DNA of 64,000 nucleotides from Verrucomicrobiota bacterium (GCA_050258035.1 JBLMYA010000092.1:24433-88432); one strand, 5' to 3'. Counted from the stretch's first letter, positions 55,070 to 63,213 are shown. Numbers and translations: made by a program. The notes: generated from the letters alone by a model not told the origin.

Positions 55070-55282
55070 GTGATCCTGCCGATGCCCTCGGGATCTATGG
55101 CCGTCCACATCCAGGAGGGATATCGAAGTCGAGGTTACGGAACGGAAGCGATGCTGCTCGCGGAGGCGCGCCGCCGCGGCTTCGCCCGCCTCGGGTTGAA
55201 CGTCTTCAGAGGTAACGAGGTCGCGCGCAACCTCTACCGCTCGCTCGGCTACTCCGAGGCCGCCGTCATCGTGCCTAAGTAG
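55070..55282 (+). pseudogene. C-terminal fragment of a GNAT acetyltransferase (truncated)
   Basis: The 70-aa ORF holds only motif A onwards (VHIQEGYRSRGYGTEAMLL...NEVARNLYRSLGY). The N-terminal half of the fold is absent. Confidence 0.5.
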
Positions 55283-55337
55283 CGCGACAGGACGTGGAGG
55301 CACAGCTAGCGCCAAGTATCCGGGCATCGAGCAAAGA

Positions 55338-55359
55338 GGGGGCCGCTGTGGCGGCCCCC
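55338..55359. terminator. Bidirectional intrinsic-terminator-like hairpin between convergent genes
   Basis: GGGGGCCGC-tgtg-GCGGCCCCC is a 9-bp GC stem with a 4-nt loop. It is flanked by T-rich tracts on both strands and lies 13 nt past the stop at 55372. Confidence 0.6.
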
Positions 55360-55371
55360 TTCGGTTCGTTG

Positions 55372-57699
55372 TTAGGCGTGCAGGTTGACGCGTACCGAAA
55401 ACAGGCGCCGGGTGGAGATTCCGGCGAGAACGTTCTCGCCTGCTTTGCGGGCGCGGACGAAGATCGCGATCAGCTGCTGATTGGAGCTGACCGGGAAGCC
55501 GGACAGCCGCCTCAGGTGGAGTTCTGCCCAGCCGTCCCTGTTGGTCCGCTGCTCGGCGGGAATCGTCCACTGGTTGTAGGGAACGGCGGTCGCGTAGACG
55601 AGCGCGTTCTGTACCGGCCGGCCGCCGCAGGCGGTGACGTGGTAGCGGACCACGAGTTCTTGCGTTCCGCGGTGGACGACGGAGGGACTCGCGTCCTGAC
55701 GGTCGATCAGGAGCCGCGCGGGTGAGCCGATGCTCGCCACGTCGACGGTGCCGGTGCCGCTCGGGCAGCCGGCCGCGGGCGGCGGCGGCGGTGTGGGGGC
55801 CCCGGCGACGACGTGGGTCGGCACGGAGGTTGCCTGGGCCGATCCGCCCGAGTTCGAGGCGGTGACGCGGCCGCGGAGCGTGTGTCCGGCCGAGGTCGGC
55901 TGGATCCGCCAGGTGCTGCCGACTGCGCCTGGGATCGCTGCGCAGCCGCCGCCGTTCTGATCGCAGCGAAGCCACTGATAGTGGTAGATGGTCGGCGAGT
56001 TGTTCCATTTTCCGGTGCTCATCGTCAGCACCTGGCCGACTGCTGCGACCCCGGAGATGGTCGGTGGCGACGTGTTCACCGGCGCGTTGACGGCGGCGGC
56101 GATGATCGCGGTCGGCGCCGAGGTCGCCGTGCTGCTGCCGCTTCCGTTCTTTGCCTTCACCCTGAACCGGATCGTGTGGCCGACATCGTTGCCGGTCAGG
56201 ACATAGGTGGTGCCGGCCGCGTTGTTCTTGATCGTCGAGCAGTTCCCGCCGCTCTTGTTACAGCGAAGCCAGGAGTCGTCGTAGTCGTTGACCCCGCCGC
56301 TCCAGTTACCGCGGCTCCCGGTCAGCGTCTCGCCCTGACGCGGTACCCCCGAGATCGTCGGCGACGAGGTGTTCTGCGGCGGGCCGGAAGCGGCGACCAC
56401 GTTGGTCGCCGACGACGTCGCCTTCGTGCTGCCGTCGGCGTTCCTTGCCTCGACCTCCAGCCGGATCGTGTGCCCGACATCGTCCGAGGTCAGCGTGTAG
56501 GTCGTGTTGTGCGCGCCGCCGATGCTCGAGCAGTTGTCGCCGCTCTGGTTGCAGCGTTTCCAGGTGTAGTCGTAACTGGTCGGTGAGCCGGTCCAGTTCC
56601 CCCTGTCTCCGGTCAGAACTGCACCCTGCTTCGCCGTCCCGCTGATCGTCGGCCGGGAGATGTTCGTCGGCGCAGACTTGCCCACCGCCGGGGGCGAGGC
56701 CAGGACGGGCACCGTAGGAGTGGAGGTCGCCCGGGTCGTTCCACCGCTGTTCTTGGCGTCGACCTGGAAGCGGATCGTGTGTCCGACGTCCGCCAGCACC
56801 AGCGAGTACGCCATCGTTGTGGCCCGCCGGATTGCGGCGCACGAGCCGCCGGCTGTGACGCAGCGAAGCCAGGAGTACCGGTACGACGTCGGCGAATTCG
56901 TCCAGGCGCCCCGGTCGCCTCTCAGCACGTTGCCCTGCTGGGCGCTTCCCGAGATCCGTGGCGGCGAGGTATTCGCCGGCGCGTGAGGCAACGGCGAGGG
57001 CGCAACCTGGCCGGTGGGGCTCGAGAGCGAGCTGGCCGAGCCGGCTGCGTTCCTGACGGTCACAAGCACACGCAGCGCCCGACCCGCATCACTGGACTTC
57101 AACGTATAGGCCTGACCCTGCGTGGTCGTTACGACACAGGTACCGCCGGTGCGTGAGCAACGCCGCCACTGGTAGCTGAGGTCGGTCGGCGCCGGCCCCG
57201 TCCACGTACCGGTCGAGGCAGTCAGGACGCGCCCGACAACCGGTGATCCCGAGATCGTCGGTGGCGCAGCGTTGTGCGGGGACTGCGCGGGCGCCGCCAC
57301 GACAATGGCGGTGGCCGCAGACGTCCCGACCGAGGAGCCATCGCGGTTCGTCGCGATGACGTTTACCCGCATGGTGTGGCCAATATCGGCAGTACGAATC
57401 GGGTAGATCGAATCGGTTGCCTGTGCGACGTCGACGCAGCTGCTCCCGTCCGACAAGCACCGTCGCCACTGATATGAGAAGCCAATAGTCGGCTGGCCTT
57501 TCCACTTGCCCTCGCTTGCCGTGAGCACAGTTCCTTCCTGCGCCGCCCCCGTAATCCTTGGCAAGTCCTTGTTCTTCGGCACTGCCGTATCCGCGGCAAC
57601 GCCGGCACCGGCAAGCAGCCCGATGCCGACCATCGCCGCGCCGAGGCAGAGGCTCGTCCGGGAGAGCGCCCACCGTTTCGTCCGAGCTAGAGAAAACAT
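55372..57699 (-). CDS. Secreted tandem-repeat protein: signal peptide, six ~88-aa two-Cys Ig-like repeats, Pro-rich linker, ~131-aa conserved C-terminal domain
   Basis: ATG 57699 (or 57702) after GGGAG. N-terminus MFSLARTKRWALSRTSLCLGAAMVGIGLLAGAGVAA. The repeat consensus is P.ISG....G..L....G.W......Y.Y.W.RC...G..C..I.GA....Y.L...DVGHTIR..V.A.N..GS..A.S, found six times. Confidence 0.8.
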   Translation of the reverse strand: MFSLARTKRWALSRTSLCLGAAMVGIGLLAGAGVAADTAVPKNKDLPRITGAAQEGTVLTASEGKWKGQPTIGFSYQWRRCLSDGSSCVDVAQATDSIYPIRTADIGHTMRVNVIATNRDGSSVGTSAATAIVVAAPAQSPHNAAPPTISGSPVVGRVLTASTGTWTGPAPTDLSYQWRRCSRTGGTCVVTTTQGQAYTLKSSDAGRALRVLVTVRNAAGSASSLSSPTGQVAPSPLPHAPANTSPPRISGSAQQGNVLRGDRGAWTNSPTSYRYSWLRCVTAGGSCAAIRRATTMAYSLVLADVGHTIRFQVDAKNSGGTTRATSTPTVPVLASPPAVGKSAPTNISRPTISGTAKQGAVLTGDRGNWTGSPTSYDYTWKRCNQSGDNCSSIGGAHNTTYTLTSDDVGHTIRLEVEARNADGSTKATSSATNVVAASGPPQNTSSPTISGVPRQGETLTGSRGNWSGGVNDYDDSWLRCNKSGGNCSTIKNNAAGTTYVLTGNDVGHTIRFRVKAKNGSGSSTATSAPTAIIAAAVNAPVNTSPPTISGVAAVGQVLTMSTGKWNNSPTIYHYQWLRCDQNGGGCAAIPGAVGSTWRIQPTSAGHTLRGRVTASNSGGSAQATSVPTHVVAGAPTPPPPPAAGCPSGTGTVDVASIGSPARLLIDRQDASPSVVHRGTQELVVRYHVTACGGRPVQNALVYATAVPYNQWTIPAEQRTNRDGWAELHLRRLSGFPVSSNQQLIAIFVRARKAGENVLAGISTRRLFSVRVNLHA
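55805..57564 (-). repeat. Six tandem coding repeats (~264 nt / ~88 aa each), diverged at DNA level
   Basis: Repeat starts were read from the translation: LPRITGAAQEG, PPTISGSPVVG, PPRISGSAQQG, RPTISGTAKQG, SPTISGVPRQG, PPTISGVAAVG. Confidence 0.75.
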
Positions 57700-57795
57700 C
57701 ATCACTCCCTTGGTCACGAGGTCATCGACTTCTGACCTCAGCGTGGCCTGCACGCGCAGGCCTCTCCACTGTTCGATATTGATCCTAATGTGATA

Positions 57796-57807
57796 TACCG
57801 CACGGTA
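57796..57807. promoter_or_regulatory. Palindrome TACCG-CA-CGGTA in the MarR / repeat-protein divergent promoter region
   Basis: Read directly from the sequence. It lies in the AT-richer 166-bp intergenic region between the starts at 57699 (-) and 57866 (+). Confidence 0.2.
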
Positions 57808-57865
57808 CAATGTTCCAAACCCTCCGGCCAGCACCCTTACCGTTTCCTAACGAGGAGCCAAGACG

Positions 57866-58345
57866 ATGCGCCGAACTCGGCAGGGCCTTCCAACAGACGA
57901 GTACGTTCGCGCCGCTGAGCTGCGCGCCGCTCTGCGCGGGTTTCTTCGCCGAACCGAGAAAGTCACACGCACGCACGGACTCACGCTCGAGCGCTACGAG
58001 CTCCTACTCGCAATCAAGGTCGAAAACGAACGCGAGCGTCCGCCGACCGTCACCCGTCTTTGCTCGACACTCCTGCTCAGCCAAAGTGCCGTCACCCAGC
58101 TCGTCCGCCGCGCCGAGAACCTCGGCCTGATCCAGCGCCAACTCTCCAGCCACGACGCCCGCATCCGTCACCTCCGCCTCACCCCCGAAGGAGAACGGCG
58201 CCTCGCCGCCGCAGTCGCAGAACTCGGCCCCGAACGAGACCACCTCGCCGCCGTACTCTGGGCAACACCGGCACCCGATCCCGCATCCCACGTTGAACCG
58301 GACCGGAAGCGCAAGACAACGTCCCGCTCCGCCAATCCAACCTGA
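57866..58345 (+). CDS. MarR-family transcriptional regulator (paralogue of 49944..50435)
   Basis: 159 aa. GLTLERYELLLAIK...LLLSQSAVTQLVRRAENLGLI...RLTPEGERRL. Shares an L.TD...E.RAAL.GFL.R.E...GLT..RY.LLL signature with the other MarR. Confidence 0.85.
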   Translation: MRRTRQGLPTDEYVRAAELRAALRGFLRRTEKVTRTHGLTLERYELLLAIKVENERERPPTVTRLCSTLLLSQSAVTQLVRRAENLGLIQRQLSSHDARIRHLRLTPEGERRLAAAVAELGPERDHLAAVLWATPAPDPASHVEPDRKRKTTSRSANPT

Positions 58346-58550
58346 TGCTCGGATGCGGCGGGCCTGGCGTAGGCGACCATCGTGCTCACCGCGAGACCGG
58401 GGACATAGGCACAACGCCACCACCGCTGATGCCCACCAGTCCCGGCCCCACAGGTAGCCGATGCTGATGAGGAACCCTGTGTGCTGGCGAGCAGGGCGGC
58501 GGTCACTGTCGGCCGGCCCGCATCATCGAACAGCCGCAACAGCTGGAAAG

Positions 58551-58901
58551 TCACCGTTCCTCGTCAGTGGGCACGATGCGGAATGCCCGGTCGAGTCCCG
58601 TGATCTCGAGGACGTGCCTTGTCTTGCCAGTCACCCCGGCCAGGACAACATCGCTTTCGTTACGCCGCGCTTCCTTTTGCGCAAGCACGAGCGCACCGAG
58701 AGCGGCCGAGTCGGCGAGGTCAGCGGAGCTCAAGTCGATGATCAGCACGTTTGCACCGAGACGAGCCGCCCGCGAAAGTGCCCGACCAAGCTCGCGCGCT
58801 ATCGAGATGTTCAACTCACCGCGCAGAACCAATCTGACGCGGCCGTCTTGTCGAACGGCGCGCCCCAAGAAGGATTGTGTTCCCGTCCGCTCGATCTGCA
58901 C
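58551..58901 (-). CDS. STAS-domain protein (anti-sigma-factor antagonist-like)
   Basis: GTG at 58901 after GAGGGGG, 116 aa. LRGELNISIARELGRAL...LIIDLSSADLADSAALGALV...VLAGVTGKTRHVLEITGLDRAF is a SpoIIAA/RsbV-like pattern. Confidence 0.7.
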   Translation of the reverse strand: MQIERTGTQSFLGRAVRQDGRVRLVLRGELNISIARELGRALSRAARLGANVLIIDLSSADLADSAALGALVLAQKEARRNESDVVLAGVTGKTRHVLEITGLDRAFRIVPTDEER

Positions 58902-59418
58902 GCGACCCCCTCGCGCTCTGTCAGGACTCTGTGCACCAGCGTAGGGACGGCCTGTGAGCGAGGGGCAGTGTTCGTTGGGCGTGGGCTTATGGTTTGGTAA
59001 GGGTTCGTTCGTAGTCCGCCGGCGCCGCACCTCCCTTCGCGAACCCACGCGCCCCCGTTCCGCGAACATCAGAGTCGCTCTTCTCCACTCGAAGGCCCAG
59101 GACACCGAGGTGCAGTCAACTCTGGGGACCCCGAGGAGGCGGCGTGAGAATCGAGGACATGACTGCCGGCAAGAGCTCACGTGCGCATCAAGAACCTTTC
59201 GGTGCGGGTGCTCGCACCTGTGCGGCCACCGGTCGCATGTACAGCGTCAGCTGGACGGGCTGGCGGCGGGCTTCACCGAGTTCGCGGCCGACGCGGCCGC
59301 GCTCACCCACGCGTTCGCGCTCACTTGCTCGCCGGCCTCGCCGCACTCGCCGCAGCTCCTACGGCCGTCCTCTTCGAGTCCGCCCCGGCGCTCGCCGCGG
59401 ACGTCCAGGCGGTCACGA

Positions 59419-59444
59419 ATGTAAGGATTACATCATGACATGAT
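59419..59444. promoter_or_regulatory. Two overlapping AT-rich palindromes (ATGTAAggaTTACAT and ATCATGaCATGAT) about 80 nt upstream of the 2-repeat protein gene
   Basis: Read directly from the sequence. This is the most AT-rich patch of the 621-bp intergenic region 58902-59522. Confidence 0.3.
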
Positions 59445-59522
59445 TTAGACGCCATACGGCGGGCAGCAACACCCAAAGGAGTGGAGAGGTTGCCACTACC
59501 CAGTGAAAGGGGTGTTGCACGA

Positions 59523-60668
59523 ATGCAGAACTACAGGAGAAGGACACGGCGACTGTTCTTCGGCAGGCGCAAACTACTGGGCGCGTTGGGTCTGACGGCG
59601 TTGCTGGCTCTGCTCGTCGTCTTTGTCGGGGCAGGAGCAGCGGCGAGGACGACTGCGCCGGCGAACACCTATCCGCCGACGATCTCCGGGACGGCGCAAG
59701 AAGGGAAGACGCTCACCGGTGATCGCGGCAACTGGTCGAACAACCCGACCGGGTACGACTACGCCTGGCTTCGGTGCGACCACAACGGAGGCAGCTGCTC
59801 CACGATCAGTGGGGCCGACTCGAAGAAGTACGAGCTGAAGTCCAACGATGTCGGCAACACCCTGCGCTTTCAGGTCAAGGCCAAGAACGCCGACGGGACG
59901 ACGACGGCGACCTCGATACCCACCGGTGTGGTCGTCGCCGAGACGTCGGATCTGCCGGTGAATACCAAGCCGCCGAGGATTTCCGGAACGCCACAGCAGG
60001 GCAAGGTGCTTTCCGCAGATCGAGGGTCCTGGACGCACGATCCCAGCAGCTACGCCTACGTCTGGCTTCGCTGCGACAAGATCGGCGGCAGCTGCTCGGC
60101 AATCGGCGGAGCAACATCAACGAAGTACACCCTGACCTCAGTCGACGTCAACAACACGCTCCGGTTCCGAGTGACGGCGACCAACAGCGGCGGCTCGACA
60201 ACCGCAACCTCGGTTCCTACCGGCCTCGTCGCGGCACCGGCGCCACCTCCGAAGCCTGGGGGCGCCAACGGCTGTCCTCCCGGCGACGGGGCTGACCAGG
60301 CCGCCTCGATCTCGCCGCCAGCCAGGCTACTGGTTGACACGCTCCAGTCCAACCCGCAGGTGGCAACGGCCGGAACCCGGACGCTGATCGTCCGCTTCCA
60401 CGTCACCTCGACCTGCGGCGGGCCAGTTCAGGGCGCACTCGTCTACGCCACGGCGACACCCTACAACCAGTTCGCCATCCCCAGCGAACAGCGCACCGGT
60501 GCTGACGGCTGGGCAGAACTTCGCTTCCAGCGCCTCTCCGGCTTCCCCGTCAGCGGCAAGCAGCAGCTGATCGCGATGTTCGTCCGCGCCCGCAAGTCCG
60601 GAGAAGGCATCCTCGGCGGTATCTCCACCCGCCGCCTCGTCTCTATCCGGGTCTCCCCGCACTCGTGA
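59523..60668 (+). CDS. Secreted tandem-repeat protein, short paralogue: Arg-rich signal/anchor, two ~88-aa repeats, conserved C-terminal domain
   Basis: ATG at 59523 after AAAGGGG. N-terminus MQNYRRRTRRLFFGRRKLLGALGLTALLALLVVFVGAGAA. By eye the C-terminal domain is about 60% identical to that of 55372..57699 (ARLL.D, ALVYATA.PYNQ, DGWAEL, RLSGFPVS..QQLIA.FVRARK). Confidence 0.8.
   Translation: MQNYRRRTRRLFFGRRKLLGALGLTALLALLVVFVGAGAAARTTAPANTYPPTISGTAQEGKTLTGDRGNWSNNPTGYDYAWLRCDHNGGSCSTISGADSKKYELKSNDVGNTLRFQVKAKNADGTTTATSIPTGVVVAETSDLPVNTKPPRISGTPQQGKVLSADRGSWTHDPSSYAYVWLRCDKIGGSCSAIGGATSTKYTLTSVDVNNTLRFRVTATNSGGSTTATSVPTGLVAAPAPPPKPGGANGCPPGDGADQAASISPPARLLVDTLQSNPQVATAGTRTLIVRFHVTSTCGGPVQGALVYATATPYNQFAIPSEQRTGADGWAELRFQRLSGFPVSGKQQLIAMFVRARKSGEGILGGISTRRLVSIRVSPHS
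59673..60230 (+). repeat. Two tandem coding repeats of the same ~88-aa unit
   Basis: PPTISGTAQEGKTLTGDRGNWSNNPTGYDYAWLRCDHNGGSC... and PPRISGTPQQGKVLSADRGSWTHDPSSYAYVWLRCDKIGGSC... Confidence 0.75.
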
Positions 60669-60680
60669 AGGTAGGTAGGT

Positions 60681-60716
60681 GGGTGAGGGCCACAGACCGC
60701 AACTGGGCCCTCACCC
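60681..60716. terminator. Hairpin (11-bp stem GGGTGAGGGCC / GGCCCTCACCC, 14-nt loop) between convergent genes
   Basis: Read directly from the sequence. It starts 13 nt after the stop at 60668 and has no U-tract, so terminator function is uncertain. Confidence 0.35.
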
Positions 60717-60898
60717 GCCTCCGCCGACCGTCCCCCACGGCCTGCAACTGCCCAGGTGTTCACGCCAGCTCAGGCCGGCCGCGGTCACAGTCGCAAGCCC
60801 TGATTAGGAACGCGATCGTCCGGGGATTCGCGTGCTGATCCAGCCGGGCCCCTGGCTCACCGTCCCGATGCTGGAAGCAGGAGGACCTCGACGCGCGC

Positions 60899-61972
60899 TC
60901 AGTTGCCTGCTGCGGGGAGCGTGAAGGAGATTCGCGCGCCGCCTTCGGGTCGGTTCTCGGCCCAGATCCGTCCTCCCTGGGCTTCGACGAGGCCGCGGGC
61001 GATCGCGAGGCCGAGCCCCGATCCCGGCGAGCTTCGTGACGAGTCGCCCCGCCAGAAGCGTTCGAACATCCGCTCGCGCACGTCGCTGTTGACGCCCTCG
61101 CCCGTGTCTTCGACGGCGACAGTCACGCTCCCCGGCTGCCGTCTCGCCACGACGGCGATTCCTCCTTCGGCCGGGGTGTGGCGGAGGGCGTTGGTGAGGA
61201 GGTTGCACAGCACGCGCTCGACCTTTTCCGGTGCGCAGCGAACGGCCGGAAGCGGCCTTTCGAGCTGCATGCGGAGCCGGACGCGCTTGGCGCGGGCGTC
61301 CGCCTCGAGGCCGTGCATGCATGACTTGATGACCCCGTCGAGGTCGGCGTCGTGCAGTTCGAGCCGGAGGACGCCGGCGTCGATGCGGGCGAGCTCGAAG
61401 AGGTCGTCGACGAGCATCGAGAGCGTCCGGACCTGGTGGTTCAGAGCGGGCAGGTATTCGGCGGAATCGACGAGTCCGTCCTCGGCCGCCTCGAGCATCG
61501 CCTGCATCGACGTGAGCGGCGTGCGCAGATCGTGGCTGGCCCAGGCGACGAGCTCCCGCCGAGCGTCGAAGAGACGTTCGACCGACTCGGCCATTGCATT
61601 GAACGATTCGCCCATCTGCGCAAGCTCGCGCGCGCCCTCCTGGGGTGCGCGGGTGGCCAGGTCGCCGGCGGCGAGTTGAGCGGAGGAGGCCCGGAGCCGC
61701 TCGAGCGGCTTCACGATCCAACGGGCGAGCAGCAACGCACCGACGACGGCGGAGAGAGCTGCGGCCGACGAGACGGCGAGGATCTTCGCATCGTCGTGCA
61801 TATGGAACATGACCCAGCCGGAGGCAAGCACGGCTCCGAGGGGGAGGACGACCGCGAGCAGTGCGAGCCCGGCCAGCTGCAGCCTCAGCGTGGGTAGCAG
61901 CCTGAGTAGAAGCGCCGCGGCCACCCCGACGGCGACCGTGCCCAGCGCGAGGAAGACGGCGACTTCAGTCAC
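60899..61972 (-). CDS. Sensor histidine kinase (two TM, HAMP, HisKA, HATPase_c)
   Basis: 357 aa. The GTG start overlaps the regulator stop (GTGA). H-box ASHDLRTPL, G-boxes EDTGEGV and GSGLGLAIA. Confidence 0.9.
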   Translation of the reverse strand: MTEVAVFLALGTVAVGVAAALLLRLLPTLRLQLAGLALLAVVLPLGAVLASGWVMFHMHDDAKILAVSSAAALSAVVGALLLARWIVKPLERLRASSAQLAAGDLATRAPQEGARELAQMGESFNAMAESVERLFDARRELVAWASHDLRTPLTSMQAMLEAAEDGLVDSAEYLPALNHQVRTLSMLVDDLFELARIDAGVLRLELHDADLDGVIKSCMHGLEADARAKRVRLRMQLERPLPAVRCAPEKVERVLCNLLTNALRHTPAEGGIAVVARRQPGSVTVAVEDTGEGVNSDVRERMFERFWRGDSSRSSPGSGLGLAIARGLVEAQGGRIWAENRPEGGARISFTLPAAGN

Positions 61973-62646
61973 GGCGTGAACCGGTAGCCGCTGCCCCAGA
62001 CCGTCTCGAGGTGCCGGGGCCGGGAGGGGTCGTCCTCGATCTTCGCGCGCAGCCGGCGAACGTGGACCGTGACGGTTCCGGTGTCGAGCACGGAGGTGTA
62101 CCCCCAGACGCGGTCCATCAGCTCCCGGCGCGAGAACACCCGATTCGGGTTGCCGACCAGGAAGCTCAGCAGGTCGAACTCGAGAGTCGTCAGCCGGAGC
62201 GGCGAGCCACCCTTACGCACCTCGCGTCTGCCGGGGTCGACGACGAGATCGCCGACCTCGATGGCGGTCACCAGTCCGCTCGGGGCGGAGGCTCGTCGCA
62301 GCACAGCCTTCACCCGCGCGACCAGCTCGCGCGGGGAGAACGGCTTTGCCAGGTAGTCGTCCGCGCCGAGCTCGAGCCCGATCAACCGGTCGGCCTCCTC
62401 GGCGAGGGCGGTCACCATGATCACCGGCAGCTGCGAGCGCTCGCGGATCCATCCGCACAAGGCGAGCCCGTCCGTCCCGGGGAGCATCAGGTCGAGAACG
62501 ACCAGGCTCGGCGTCTCGCGCTCGAGAATGTCGCGCGCCGTCTCGCCGTCGCTCGCCTGCAGTGTCCGGTACCCCTCCTGCTCCAGGTACCGGACGACCA
62601 CGTCGCGAACGACCGGCTCGTCGTCGATCACGAGAACTGTGCCCAT
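61969..62646 (-). CDS. OmpR-family response regulator
   Basis: ATG at 62646 (MGTVLVIDDEP). Receiver motifs VLDLMLPG and VTALA, winged helix VHVRRLRAKIE...GYRF. The track start 62676 (TTG) is possible. Confidence 0.9.
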   Translation of the reverse strand: MGTVLVIDDEPVVRDVVVRYLEQEGYRTLQASDGETARDILERETPSLVVLDLMLPGTDGLALCGWIRERSQLPVIMVTALAEEADRLIGLELGADDYLAKPFSPRELVARVKAVLRRASAPSGLVTAIEVGDLVVDPGRREVRKGGSPLRLTTLEFDLLSFLVGNPNRVFSRRELMDRVWGYTSVLDTGTVTVHVRRLRAKIEDDPSRPRHLETVWGSGYRFTP

Positions 62647-62789
62647 CGTCTCATTGTCACGAGGTAGCGCGACCAAGTCCTTAAGAGTTGCTTACGGAGA
62701 AGGTCGGGCCGTTCGAGAGTTCAGTCTTTCGTAATGGTGCCGCGTTTCAGCCAGGACTACGGTCGCCTGGAATCGACAAGGAGGCACCT

Positions 62790-63203
62790 GTGAATCTGTT
62801 GCATCGCATTGCCCTCTCGACCTCTCTCCTCGCCGTCGCCGGCCTGGCCGTCTCAATCCCGACAGTTCTGGCCGGCATGCACCCACAGCTGGCGGCCCGC
62901 CTGGCCGGGATGGGTGAGCACGGGATCGTCAACCTGACCGTGAACAGGAAAGGGAAGAAGCTCTGCTGGACGTTCGACGTCCCGACGAAGGGAATCACCC
63001 GAGCGGCGATTCACACCCGCGCGAAGGGCACGGTTCTCGTCCGGCTCGGCACCACGTACGCGAAGAAGGGCTGCACAACTGCGTCCGAGATGACCCTCGA
63101 GCACCTGGAGTCGGCGCCGGCCAGGTACTCGGTCTGGATCGACACGAAGGGCCATCCCGGCGATCTGCGCGGAATGCTCTTCGCCGGCATGGCCCATATG
63201 TAG
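62790..63203 (+). CDS. Exported CHRD-domain protein
   Basis: GTG at 62790 after AAGGAGG. Has a signal peptide; GIVNLTVN...LCWTF...ITRAAIHTRAKGTVLV fits the CHRD pattern. 137 aa. Confidence 0.55.
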   Translation: MNLLHRIALSTSLLAVAGLAVSIPTVLAGMHPQLAARLAGMGEHGIVNLTVNRKGKKLCWTFDVPTKGITRAAIHTRAKGTVLVRLGTTYAKKGCTTASEMTLEHLESAPARYSVWIDTKGHPGDLRGMLFAGMAHM

Positions 63204-63213
63204 AGGAAGACGC

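Noticed and set aside
58168-58554. 128-aa ORF whose GTG overlaps the STAS gene stop (GTGA), a tempting anti-sigma partner
   Set aside because: It has no HATPase or other motif. Third-position GC is mediocre after the first ~25 codons, the composition is Trp/Arg/Ser-rich, and its 3' half is antisense to the MarR gene 57866..58345. A short real peptide cannot be excluded.
59181-59438. 85-aa ORF ending in a signal-peptide-like stretch (LLAGLAALAAAPTAVLFESAPALAADVQAVTNVRITS), possibly a small secreted peptide
   Set aside because: There is no positively charged n-region next to any plausible start and no RBS. The upstream part is Arg/Gly junk, and the ORF lies in a region better explained as regulatory or decayed sequence.
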